A DNA stretch of 45,743 nt from Candidatus Hodarchaeota archaeon (GTDB lineage Archaea; Asgardarchaeota; Heimdallarchaeia; Hodarchaeales; Hodarchaeaceae): positions 1 through 45,743 of the forward strand of contig JAEOTC010000200.1 of NCBI GenBank assembly GCA_016840035.1, in the 5' to 3' direction. The notes beneath the pieces are model-generated. The model did no database searches and was not told the DNA's origin. It saw only the letters and a list, made by a program, of their open reading frames with translations. A program made the position numbers and the translations under genes. The number at the start of each line of letters is the position of its first letter. The first letter of the stretch is position 1. Positions 38,079-45,743 of this stretch are shown here, piece after piece.

Positions 38079-38570
38079 ATGAGTGAAGACAAACCCAAAC
38101 GAATGGCAATAATTGCCTCCCAAGGTACTCTTGATGCAGCATATCCTCCTGTGATCCTTGCCTCAACAGGTGTAGCTATGGATATGGAAGTAGCAATTTT
38201 CTTTACATTTTATGGTTTCGACTTAATTCACAAGAAACGTAGTAAGGACCTCAAAGTTAGTCCCATAGCCAACCCTGCCGCTCCTAAAGCATTCGGATTA
38301 ATGCCCGTTCCAAATTGGATGGGAATGTTGCCCGGGATGACCCGGATTGCGACAATGATGATGAAAAGCTGGATGAAAAAGGCTAATGTAGCAAAATTCG
38401 AAGAGCTCCGTGAAGCCTGTATCGAAGGCGGAGTCAGAATGATTGCCTGTCAAATGACCATGGATGTTATGGGCATTAAAGAAAAGGACATTATTGATGG
38501 TGTCGAAACTGGTGGTGCAGCCACTTTTCTTGAATTTGCTAAAGATGCCGATATTACTCTTTTCATGTAA
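38079..38570 (+). CDS. dsrE: DsrE2-type (DsrE/DsrF/DrsH-like) sulfurtransferase
   Basis: GTLDAAYPP, IFFTFYG, IACQMTMDVMG, GAATFL. Confidence 0.88.
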   Translation: MSEDKPKRMAIIASQGTLDAAYPPVILASTGVAMDMEVAIFFTFYGFDLIHKKRSKDLKVSPIANPAAPKAFGLMPVPNWMGMLPGMTRIATMMMKSWMKKANVAKFEELREACIEGGVRMIACQMTMDVMGIKEKDIIDGVETGGAATFLEFAKDADITLFM

Positions 38571-38600
38571 TTCTCGTTTTTTAATTTTTAGGTGATTTTT

Positions 38601-39011
38601 ATGGGAAAACTTCTAATGGTATGTGATTCTGCAGCCACAGATAAACTGCAGACCTTAGCAATTATCGCTTCAGGGATGGTAACCAGTGATCATGAGGTAG
38701 TTATCTTCTTTATGCATGATGCTGTTTATGCCTTGAAAAAGGATGCTCCTCCTGAGCCTGAGGTTACGAGTATTTATCCTGAAGTTGCCGAAAAGGTGAA
38801 TCAGGCAAGAAAAGCAGGTAACCTGTTACACTGGAAAGGACTTCTGGAAGATTTAAAAGACTTAGGTGATGTAGAAATCGTCGCTTGTGTCCAAATTACA
38901 GAAATACTAGGTTTAGAGAAAGAAGATCTTCATCCTATGGTTGATAAAGTTGCAGGAGTAAATACTCTTGCTGAGCAAGCGATGCTTGCTGATAGAGTTA
39001 TGTTTCTTTAA
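38601..39011 (+). CDS. DsrE family protein
   Basis: VIFFMHDAV, IVACVQ, VAGVNT; AGGTGA SD. Confidence 0.8.
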   Translation: MGKLLMVCDSAATDKLQTLAIIASGMVTSDHEVVIFFMHDAVYALKKDAPPEPEVTSIYPEVAEKVNQARKAGNLLHWKGLLEDLKDLGDVEIVACVQITEILGLEKEDLHPMVDKVAGVNTLAEQAMLADRVMFL

Positions 39012-39039
39012 TTATAGAAAATTGAATGGTGAATAAACA

Positions 39040-39282
39040 ATGAGTAATGAAGTACAAGCAGATAAGGTCATGGATGCACGCAATGCTTTCTGTCCAGGCC
39101 CTCTGATGGAATTAATCAAATCTATTAAGAAAGGCGAAGTTGGTAAAGTCTATGAAGTTTGGAGTAAAGATGCAGGCTCCATTCAAGACATTCCTAAATG
39201 GGTTGCGAAAGCTAGCCAAGAAATGGTTGCCGTTGTCGAAGAGAATGGCTACACTCGTTTTCAAGTAAGGAAGGTCAAGTAA
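39040..39282 (+). CDS. tusA: Second TusA-family sulfur carrier
   Basis: MDARNAFCPGPLMEL, DAGSIQDIPKW. Confidence 0.9.
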   Translation: MSNEVQADKVMDARNAFCPGPLMELIKSIKKGEVGKVYEVWSKDAGSIQDIPKWVAKASQEMVAVVEENGYTRFQVRKVK

Positions 39283-39313
39283 ATTTCTTCTTTCTTTTTC
39301 TATTGGTGATTCT

Positions 39314-40486
39314 ATGAGCGAAGATAAAGCTAAAGTTGTTATTTTAGGTGGGGGCACTGGTGGAGTTATAGTTGCCAATCTCCTTGGACGGAAGGCAAAA
39401 AAACAAGCAGAGGTTACATTAGTTTCTAAGCAAGAGAATGTTTTTTACGAAGCAGATCTCCCTTATCGCATTTTTGACAAGAAATCTCTCAAGTCGATGT
39501 ACAAACCTGTACGGAATGTTGTTAATAAAAATGTAGAAGTTCTTAAAGACGAAGTAATAGGATTAGATCTTGATAAAAATTCAGTTGCACTAAGCAGTGG
39601 AAATAATCTTCCTTATGATTATTTAGTAATAGCTACTGGTGCTCATTATGATTATGATGGTGTTCCAGGATATAAAGAAGAAGCATATCATTATTACAAC
39701 GAGGAAGGCATTAATGAAATTAGGAAAGCCCTAGATGAGTTTGTTGAAAAAGGTACCGGTGGAAATGTTGTCATAGGAATTGCTGATTTACCATTTAAAT
39801 GTCCTGTAGCACCCCTTGAGGGAGTGTTCATGATGGAACATTTTCTAAGACGTAAAAAATTACGAAAGAAAACTGAATTACATTATTTAAGTCCTATTGG
39901 TAGTGCTTTCTCAATTGAAAAGGCTAATGTTCATATCGAGAAAAAATTTGCTAAGAAGAACATTAATTTACACACCTTCTTTAATACAGAAACCATTCAT
40001 CCCGATCGAAAGGTTATAGAATCTCTTGAAGGAGATGAAATTGAATACGATCTTTTAATTATGGTTCCACCTCACCGTGGACAAGGGTTTTTACAGGGAA
40101 CTCCCATTGTCGATGAAAGTGGATGGGTCAATGTAAATACAAAAACTCTTCAAAATGAAACATATCCGAATGTTTTTGCAATTGGAGATGCTGCTAATCT
40201 TCCTGTATCCAAAGCCGGTTCCTCCGCCCATTACCAAGCTATGGCTACCGCTCATAATTTGGTGGACGTGCTAAAAGGAAAACTTGACATTTCCCAAGTA
40301 AAGGAGAGATATAATGGTCATGCTACCTGTTTAGTAATGACTTCATTGACTTCTGCAATGTTTTTCGATTTTAATTATACCCGCCCTCCTTTCGGGCTAG
40401 GATATATCTCGAATCGTTTGTTCTACTACTTTAAAAAGTATCAGAGATTCCTATATTTCTATGGTTTCTTGTCAGGTCGTTTGTAA
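39314..40486 (+). CDS. sqr: Sulfide:quinone oxidoreductase-like flavoprotein (type III-like)
   Basis: GGGTGG, YDYLVIATG, FKCPVAPLE, FAIGDA, KAGS, YNGHATC; aromatic/basic amphipathic C-terminus. Confidence 0.82.
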   Translation: MSEDKAKVVILGGGTGGVIVANLLGRKAKKQAEVTLVSKQENVFYEADLPYRIFDKKSLKSMYKPVRNVVNKNVEVLKDEVIGLDLDKNSVALSSGNNLPYDYLVIATGAHYDYDGVPGYKEEAYHYYNEEGINEIRKALDEFVEKGTGGNVVIGIADLPFKCPVAPLEGVFMMEHFLRRKKLRKKTELHYLSPIGSAFSIEKANVHIEKKFAKKNINLHTFFNTETIHPDRKVIESLEGDEIEYDLLIMVPPHRGQGFLQGTPIVDESGWVNVNTKTLQNETYPNVFAIGDAANLPVSKAGSSAHYQAMATAHNLVDVLKGKLDISQVKERYNGHATCLVMTSLTSAMFFDFNYTRPPFGLGYISNRLFYYFKKYQRFLYFYGFLSGRL

Positions 40487-40534
40487 AGATATAGAAAATT
40501 CGGTTTACAGACGGTGAAAGGAGATTAAATGTAA

Positions 40535-41092
40535 ATGATTGATGAGAAGGACAAAGATATTATCAACTACTTTCAAAAGGATCCCCGAAGTTCATTTAAC
40601 AGGGCTGCTGAAGTGCTAGGCCTGGCTAAAGGTACTGTTAAAGCACGTTATGAGAAATTAGTAGAACAAAATCTAATTTCTCCAGGGATAGGAATGAACG
40701 TCGCTCAACTCAAATTCTCCCATGCTCTTTCTTTCATTGAAATCACAGATCCTGAAACCGAGAAAGCAATATTGGACTATTTCAATGATTGTCCCCTGGT
40801 GACAGCAATGTTTTCTGTTTCAGGGTTTGAATATAATCTCGTAATCTGTCTGGTAGCCGATAAGCGTGAAAAGATTAGCAAGTTTATCGATACTTTTCCC
40901 CTTAGTCATCTTCCAGGAGTGAAAAGACGGAATAGTTATTTCATTAAGGAAACAGAAGGGTATTCAGATAAACCCTTTTGGCTATTTTCTCCTCCAACAT
41001 CTGAAAAGAATATCTTCGACGATCACACGTGTCAGAATCGCTGTGGAGCATGTGGGGTTATCTCCCAGATACAAAAGAAAGTAACTAACTAA
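40535..41092 (+). CDS. Lrp/AsnC regulator with Cys-rich C-terminal tail
   Basis: IDEKDKDII...DPRSSF...GTVKARYEKL; CPLV; HTCQNRCGAC. Confidence 0.85.
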   Translation: MIDEKDKDIINYFQKDPRSSFNRAAEVLGLAKGTVKARYEKLVEQNLISPGIGMNVAQLKFSHALSFIEITDPETEKAILDYFNDCPLVTAMFSVSGFEYNLVICLVADKREKISKFIDTFPLSHLPGVKRRNSYFIKETEGYSDKPFWLFSPPTSEKNIFDDHTCQNRCGACGVISQIQKKVTN

Positions 41093-41292
41093 GAATCATA
41101 ATTAGTTTAATCTGATCATTCTTTCTCTCTTTTCTCGTAGTTCTGATTGATGATGTATATTGAGAACTACTCAGACTAAGGTTTTATATTTAATAATTCA
41201 CAAATTTTAACAGCATTTTGGTTCGAAGGGTTTTTATTCCTCGATTCAATTGAGATCTCAAAAAGTTCATTCCAATTGAGGAGATTCGGATT

Positions 41293-43716
41293 TTGAGACC
41301 GAAAAACGGTCCGTTCATATTCTTGAGCCTTTTATTATTCTCTCATTTTATTCCCATCGTAGATGTAAATCAATCTTCCCCGAATCTTCCTGTTTTATAC
41401 TCTGATCTATTTCAGGATGCATTTAATTTTACACATGAAGAACTCAACCTGATCGAACAAAATAAGTTCCTTGTACTTAACAGGATGGGAACAGATGATA
41501 TTTTGGATGCCTATCGGTATTATTGGAAAGCAGATCTACCAATTTTCATCACTACTGATACTCTTTTGCATACGTGGCATCTAGCATTTGATGAAACACT
41601 CATAGATGTTGAGAGCTTAATCTTATACCCTCTATTATTAAATTTAAGTCAGGCCATGATCCAAACAGCATTAGCTGAATTTTCCATCTCAAATGAAGTG
41701 GTAAATGATGTTTTAATTTATTTAGCAGTTGCGGAAAGATTGGTTAACCCCTCTGCTATTGCTCCACCACTCTTACAGGATGCTGTAAACCAAATTGTTT
41801 CTGCCATCATGGCTGAAATAACTATTTTCGAAGCACGGGGTCAACTGAGTAGTGACCAGCTGTCCCGTTTCATTGACGATTTCAGCCAATATAAACCCCG
41901 AGGTCATTATACTCGATCTGAAAGATTGCAAGCCTATTTTAGGTTGTTTAAATGGTTGTCTAGGATCCCATTTTTATTTGATCACTATTGCAGTGAGCAT
42001 ATTTTGAAACGAACTCCGGAAGAAATGATTCAATCAGCGGTTATTTTGGTCTGGATTTTAAAAAATACTGTTGTTGATATAGGGGGAAACCCACAGCTTG
42101 GAATAGACATCTGGAAAATGTTCAAAGAATTTCTAGATGTTATAATTGGAAAAACTTACTCAGTAACACCTATTATGCTTGATCAAGTATGTAGTGAAAC
42201 TATGGATACACCTAATTGGCACCCTTCAATAGCTGTGGCCGATTTAGAAATAATAGCAACCATTCAATCCAAAATACTTCAGAATGATTCAATCCCTGCA
42301 CCTCGAGACATGTTAATTGTGGATGGATTAGTTCCGGGCTGTCCAAGTTCTCCGAAAATGCTACTTCTCTTTGGTGAACGATTGACTCTTGATACTTACT
42401 CATTAAATCATCTTGTTTATCCATATGTTGGTAATAGACTCATGCCAGTGGCTTTAGACGTGGTGGCAACCTGTTTAAATTCAGAAAGAGCATACAATTT
42501 GGTCAAAGAGGAAGGATATATCGATCAAGTAGATACTCTCCGAGAAGAAATCAGGAATTGGAGTGAAGAAGATAAAACAACGGTCTATTGGAGATGGTTA
42601 GAGAGTCTGTCCCATTTAACTCAATTCCAGCCAGAGATAAATGATAGTGATAAAATCTACATTCCTCCGTTTATGAAAAGTGGGCCATGGAGGGATGAGA
42701 AGTTAACCACTGTTCTTGGAAGTTATGCTCAACTCAGACATGATACCATCCTTTATGCAAAACAATCTATGACACAAGTTATTTGTTCAACACCCGAAGG
42801 ATACGTAGAACCTTACCCTGAGTTTTACCGTGCTTTGAAAGACCTCTCTAAACATTACAGCAAAGCATTAGAGAATTTGTTGGATCTTGGGGATATAACA
42901 CAAACGTTGACATTTAATCTGTACGGTCTGGATTTGTTGATCAAAGCCAGTGCTATGTTAGAATCTATTGCTTATCGTGAATTAAAAAACCTACCTCTTA
43001 CAGATGTAGAAAAACAATTTATACAAGATACATATTGCGAGAGTGGAGTGTGTGGCGGTCCTTTTCTGCAAGGATGGTTAAGCGAGATAATAGGGCTGTT
43101 TAAAAATCTATACCGAGTCGATGCATTTCCAAATATCAGAACCTCACTAGTAGCGGATATACATACAGATTTGAATACTGGTAATGTCCTAGAGATTGCT
43201 ACAGGGGTACTTGAACATCTTGTAGCGGTTGTTCCTAACTGGAATGGAAGTGAGATGTTCGCGGTAGGCCCAGTTTTTTCTTACTATGAATTTATCACTC
43301 CGATGAGCATGAGAATGACCGATGAGGATTGGCGTGGAATCCTTGCCAGTCGTTTTCAAGGGAATGACGACTATGATTATACTGTCTTTCCCCGGGGATT
43401 CTGGGCAAAAAATTATATGATATCTACAGAAATGACCACCGATATTATCTATGAGTTCGAAGAGAGTCCTGAATTAACCCCTCCTACTTGGTTTCAAACA
43501 CAATCCATCAATTTCATATTGGATCCTTATTCTTCCTATACATTAGTGCAATATAACACACAAATCACAGATGATGGTCACACACAAATCACAGATGATA
43601 GAACTTCGCAACATTTTAGCAGTGAAACAAAAACCAGACCTCTTGAAATATACCCAATACTGATCATCTTGGCACTCGTATCAGTTTCAGTTATTACAAC
43701 CAAAAAGAAAAAGTGA
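41293..43716 (+). CDS. DUF3160 domain surface protein with C-terminal TM anchor
   Basis: FITTDTLLH, DFSQYKPRGHYT, LRHDTILYAKQS, GYVEPYPEFY, ADIHTD, GPVFSYYEF; TM followed by KKKK. Confidence 0.85.
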   Translation: MRPKNGPFIFLSLLLFSHFIPIVDVNQSSPNLPVLYSDLFQDAFNFTHEELNLIEQNKFLVLNRMGTDDILDAYRYYWKADLPIFITTDTLLHTWHLAFDETLIDVESLILYPLLLNLSQAMIQTALAEFSISNEVVNDVLIYLAVAERLVNPSAIAPPLLQDAVNQIVSAIMAEITIFEARGQLSSDQLSRFIDDFSQYKPRGHYTRSERLQAYFRLFKWLSRIPFLFDHYCSEHILKRTPEEMIQSAVILVWILKNTVVDIGGNPQLGIDIWKMFKEFLDVIIGKTYSVTPIMLDQVCSETMDTPNWHPSIAVADLEIIATIQSKILQNDSIPAPRDMLIVDGLVPGCPSSPKMLLLFGERLTLDTYSLNHLVYPYVGNRLMPVALDVVATCLNSERAYNLVKEEGYIDQVDTLREEIRNWSEEDKTTVYWRWLESLSHLTQFQPEINDSDKIYIPPFMKSGPWRDEKLTTVLGSYAQLRHDTILYAKQSMTQVICSTPEGYVEPYPEFYRALKDLSKHYSKALENLLDLGDITQTLTFNLYGLDLLIKASAMLESIAYRELKNLPLTDVEKQFIQDTYCESGVCGGPFLQGWLSEIIGLFKNLYRVDAFPNIRTSLVADIHTDLNTGNVLEIATGVLEHLVAVVPNWNGSEMFAVGPVFSYYEFITPMSMRMTDEDWRGILASRFQGNDDYDYTVFPRGFWAKNYMISTEMTTDIIYEFEESPELTPPTWFQTQSINFILDPYSSYTLVQYNTQITDDGHTQITDDRTSQHFSSETKTRPLEIYPILIILALVSVSVITTKKKK
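43556..43599 (+). repeat. 24-bp-period tandem duplication in the stalk of the DUF3160 gene
   Basis: ACACACAAATCACAGATGAT at 43556 and 43580 (TQITDD twice). Confidence 0.85.
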
Positions 43717-43929
43717 AAACCTTTTTACATCTCTAGTTAAACCTAGAAGTAATTTTCCTACGTCTTTAGTTATGCTTGGATCCAAATTACTTAAATCTCG
43801 GTTTCCTCTAGAATGACGACAGTTGAGTTTGAGACTTGTATGAAACTTCTATCTATATTATCGATTCAGATAAAGATATAAAATCTCCAAATTTTAGGAA
43901 GGAGTACTCAATCAGTATGGTGTTGTACA

Positions 43930-45057
43930 ATTTTCCAAGAATTAAATATTCAAGATTACTCAAATACCAGGTCTGTATTCCAAGGATTTTCATATCAGGT
44001 AGTCGTTAGAGCTGTTATCGAAAAAACATCCCCTGGAAAAATCTGGGTTGATGATCCGAATCGGCCTTCTAGTGGATTCATGGCTTCAACGGAAGGATGG
44101 TTTCTAGCTGGAAATACACAAAATGAGGAGTTCAATAAGGGTTTAAAAACTCTGATTGAAGAAATGATTATACACAGGAAGTTTTATTCTCCGGTTAATC
44201 CTAATTTCCTCAGTTATCTTTTTTTTCATATTGACTCGGATGATTGGAAAAAACAATTTCCCAAGATATTTTCTATTCGACCCCCTCTTCCTACTCACCG
44301 AATTCATTATATCTATAATAAAAATGTTCTAGACTGGAGAGAAAATATACCTCTGGGGTATAGAATCCTCCAAGTTGATTCTTCGCTCGATGAAACATCA
44401 CTTGAGATTCCAGAGGATATTTATGAATGGATAGAATCGTCTATGGAAGACCAAAAGAAAAGAGGATTTGGATGCTGTTTGGTTCGGGGAAAGAGTGTTG
44501 TAGTCTGGGTAAATTCTGATTGTGCCAGTGGAGATGAATGCGAGATTGGAATAATCACAACAGAGACCGAGAGGTTGAAGGGGTTTGGAGCTCTCACAGT
44601 AGCAGCAGCTATAGATCAATGTTTATCCATGGGCTATTCCCAGATTGGCTGGCACTGTGAGAATCACAACTATGGATCAAGAGGAGTCGCGGAAAAGGTA
44701 GGATTCGTTAAGGAAAGAGATTATATTCACTATATTTGTATGTTTGATGAGGCAGAACACCTTGTTGAACGTGGAATGAGGAGTTTCTATGATAAAGAAT
44801 ATGAGAAAGCGATAGCAGATTTTGAAGATGCATTAACTAAGGGAAAGGTTCCTATCTGGATGTATATTCTGGCAGCTAGAGCTTATGCTACTATGAGTGA
44901 GATTGAAAAAGTTCTCCAGAATTTTCGGGAAGCTCAAAGACAAGGCTGGCAAAACTGGAAACCTGTACTTCAAAGTTCCGAAATACAGCAACTTAGTGAT
45001 GAAAGAAAGATATTAGATTTCTTAAGGGATCTAAGTGAGATTACGCTTAGTAAGTAA
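43930..45057 (+). CDS. GNAT acetyltransferase with C-terminal TPR; probable ATT start
   Basis: AVIEKTSPGKIWVDDP lies upstream of the called ATG 44080; EIGIITTETERLKGFG, WHCENHNYGSRGVAEKVGF; TPR tail. Confidence 0.8.
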   Translation: MFQELNIQDYSNTRSVFQGFSYQVVVRAVIEKTSPGKIWVDDPNRPSSGFMASTEGWFLAGNTQNEEFNKGLKTLIEEMIIHRKFYSPVNPNFLSYLFFHIDSDDWKKQFPKIFSIRPPLPTHRIHYIYNKNVLDWRENIPLGYRILQVDSSLDETSLEIPEDIYEWIESSMEDQKKRGFGCCLVRGKSVVVWVNSDCASGDECEIGIITTETERLKGFGALTVAAAIDQCLSMGYSQIGWHCENHNYGSRGVAEKVGFVKERDYIHYICMFDEAEHLVERGMRSFYDKEYEKAIADFEDALTKGKVPIWMYILAARAYATMSEIEKVLQNFREAQRQGWQNWKPVLQSSEIQQLSDERKILDFLRDLSEITLSK

Positions 45058-45403
45058 ATACCTTAGCATTCACTGACTCTGCAAGAAGTTTAGTAGCTCC
45101 AGCAAGTTTTACACCCTCAATATAGTCTTCTTGTTTAAGTTCTCGAGCTTCAACACAGGGGACACAAGCATACACTTGACCACCCATTTCGATAAAATTA
45201 TTGATCAGATCTTCCAATGGGGTGAATGGGGGGAATACCCAACCTTTGCAAAAGTCCTTTCGGACGACATTTACACCTTCGGCTTGTAAAAACATTATGA
45301 CTTCGGCATCTAATACGTGAGCTGCGTTTGCCACTGCCCAAGCCATACTTGCACGTTCGAAATTATCAATTCCATGTGTGGAGACAATTACAAATTTTAC
45401 CAT
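45047..45403 (-). CDS. DsrE family protein (CxxC type)
   Basis: MVKFVIVSTHG, MFLQAEGV, YACVPCVEAR, LAGA; GAGGA SD before ATG 45403. Confidence 0.88.
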   Translation of the reverse strand: MVKFVIVSTHGIDNFERASMAWAVANAAHVLDAEVIMFLQAEGVNVVRKDFCKGWVFPPFTPLEDLINNFIEMGGQVYACVPCVEARELKQEDYIEGVKLAGATKLLAESVNAKVFTY

Positions 45404-45493
45404 CTTTATTTCCTCTATGCTTGTTTCTTTTAATTCAGATGTTCCTCTTCTCACTAATTTGCGAATTTGAGCGAAAAATTATTTCCCCAAACC

Positions 45494-45742
45494 CTAGCTA
45501 ATATCTACGCCTTGGACTGGATTATCTTCACTAATCAAATGATAATGCTCTTTGATACGATTTTGAATTGGTGATTTTGAAATCCGTGATAGTCCTGGGA
45601 CACAATTAATAGCTGCGAGACTTTCTTCTAGCCCTTCATCACCGAGGCAGCAAAGTTCAACCAATAGATCGTATTCTCCAAATATTCGATACATTCGTTT
45701 AACCCCAGCAATGGGAGTAATTTGGTTGATTATCTTGTCGAT
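45494..45742 (-). CDS. Lrp/AsnC ligand-binding domain, 5' truncated by window edge
   Basis: IAGVKRMYRIFGEYDLLVEL...INCVPGL; frame open to the window end. Confidence 0.75.
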   Translation of the reverse strand: MDKIINQITPIAGVKRMYRIFGEYDLLVELCCLGDEGLEESLAAINCVPGLSRISKSPIQNRIKEHYHLISEDNPVQGVDIS

Positions 45743-45743
45743 A

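Noticed and set aside
1-45743. CRISPR arrays, tRNA/rRNA genes, IS elements
   Set aside because: No regularly spaced repeats, cloverleaf or GC-rich RNA segments, transposase ORFs or terminal inverted repeats detected by eye; tRNAscan-SE/Infernal would be decisive

Overview
Gene-dense, AT-rich archaeal chromosomal segment. It is probably from an Asgard archaeon of the Heimdallarchaeia/Hodarchaeales type. This is an inference from GGTGA/GGAGG Shine-Dalgarno motifs, TTTATAWA boxes, Lrp/AsnC regulators and many NosD beta-helix surface proteins with C-terminal TM-plus-basic anchors; there is no marker gene in the window. It holds about 42 CDSs and no rRNA, tRNA, CRISPR array or transposase that I can see. 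Recognisable blocks: detoxification/housekeeping enzymes (GNATs, AKR, flavodoxin, MBL, alpha/beta hydrolase, nitrilase, MaoC), an RHH-RHH-wHTH + ParA/MinD pair, an orphan N6-adenine DNA methyltransferase, acdA, tldD-tldE, arsR-arsM, a surface-protein cluster, and a tusA-dsrE2-dsrE-tusA-sqr-lrp sulfur-relay operon with another lrp-dsrE pair at the right edge. Best candidates for an undescribed system: (1) a single-pass receptor-like transcription factor (extracellular beta-helix, TM, cytoplasmic MarR-type wHTH) heading a surface-protein cluster; (2) a partition-like cassette of a double-RHH/wHTH protein, a deviant Walker A ATPase and an upstream TAATAT repeat array. Other observations: an unannotated 52-aa Cys/His-rich protein opposite an HxlR regulator, several genes that seem to need CTG/ATT starts, a structured tusA leader, and catalytic-motif variants in ArsM and the methyltransferase. 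All family calls are motif recognition by eye, not database searches.
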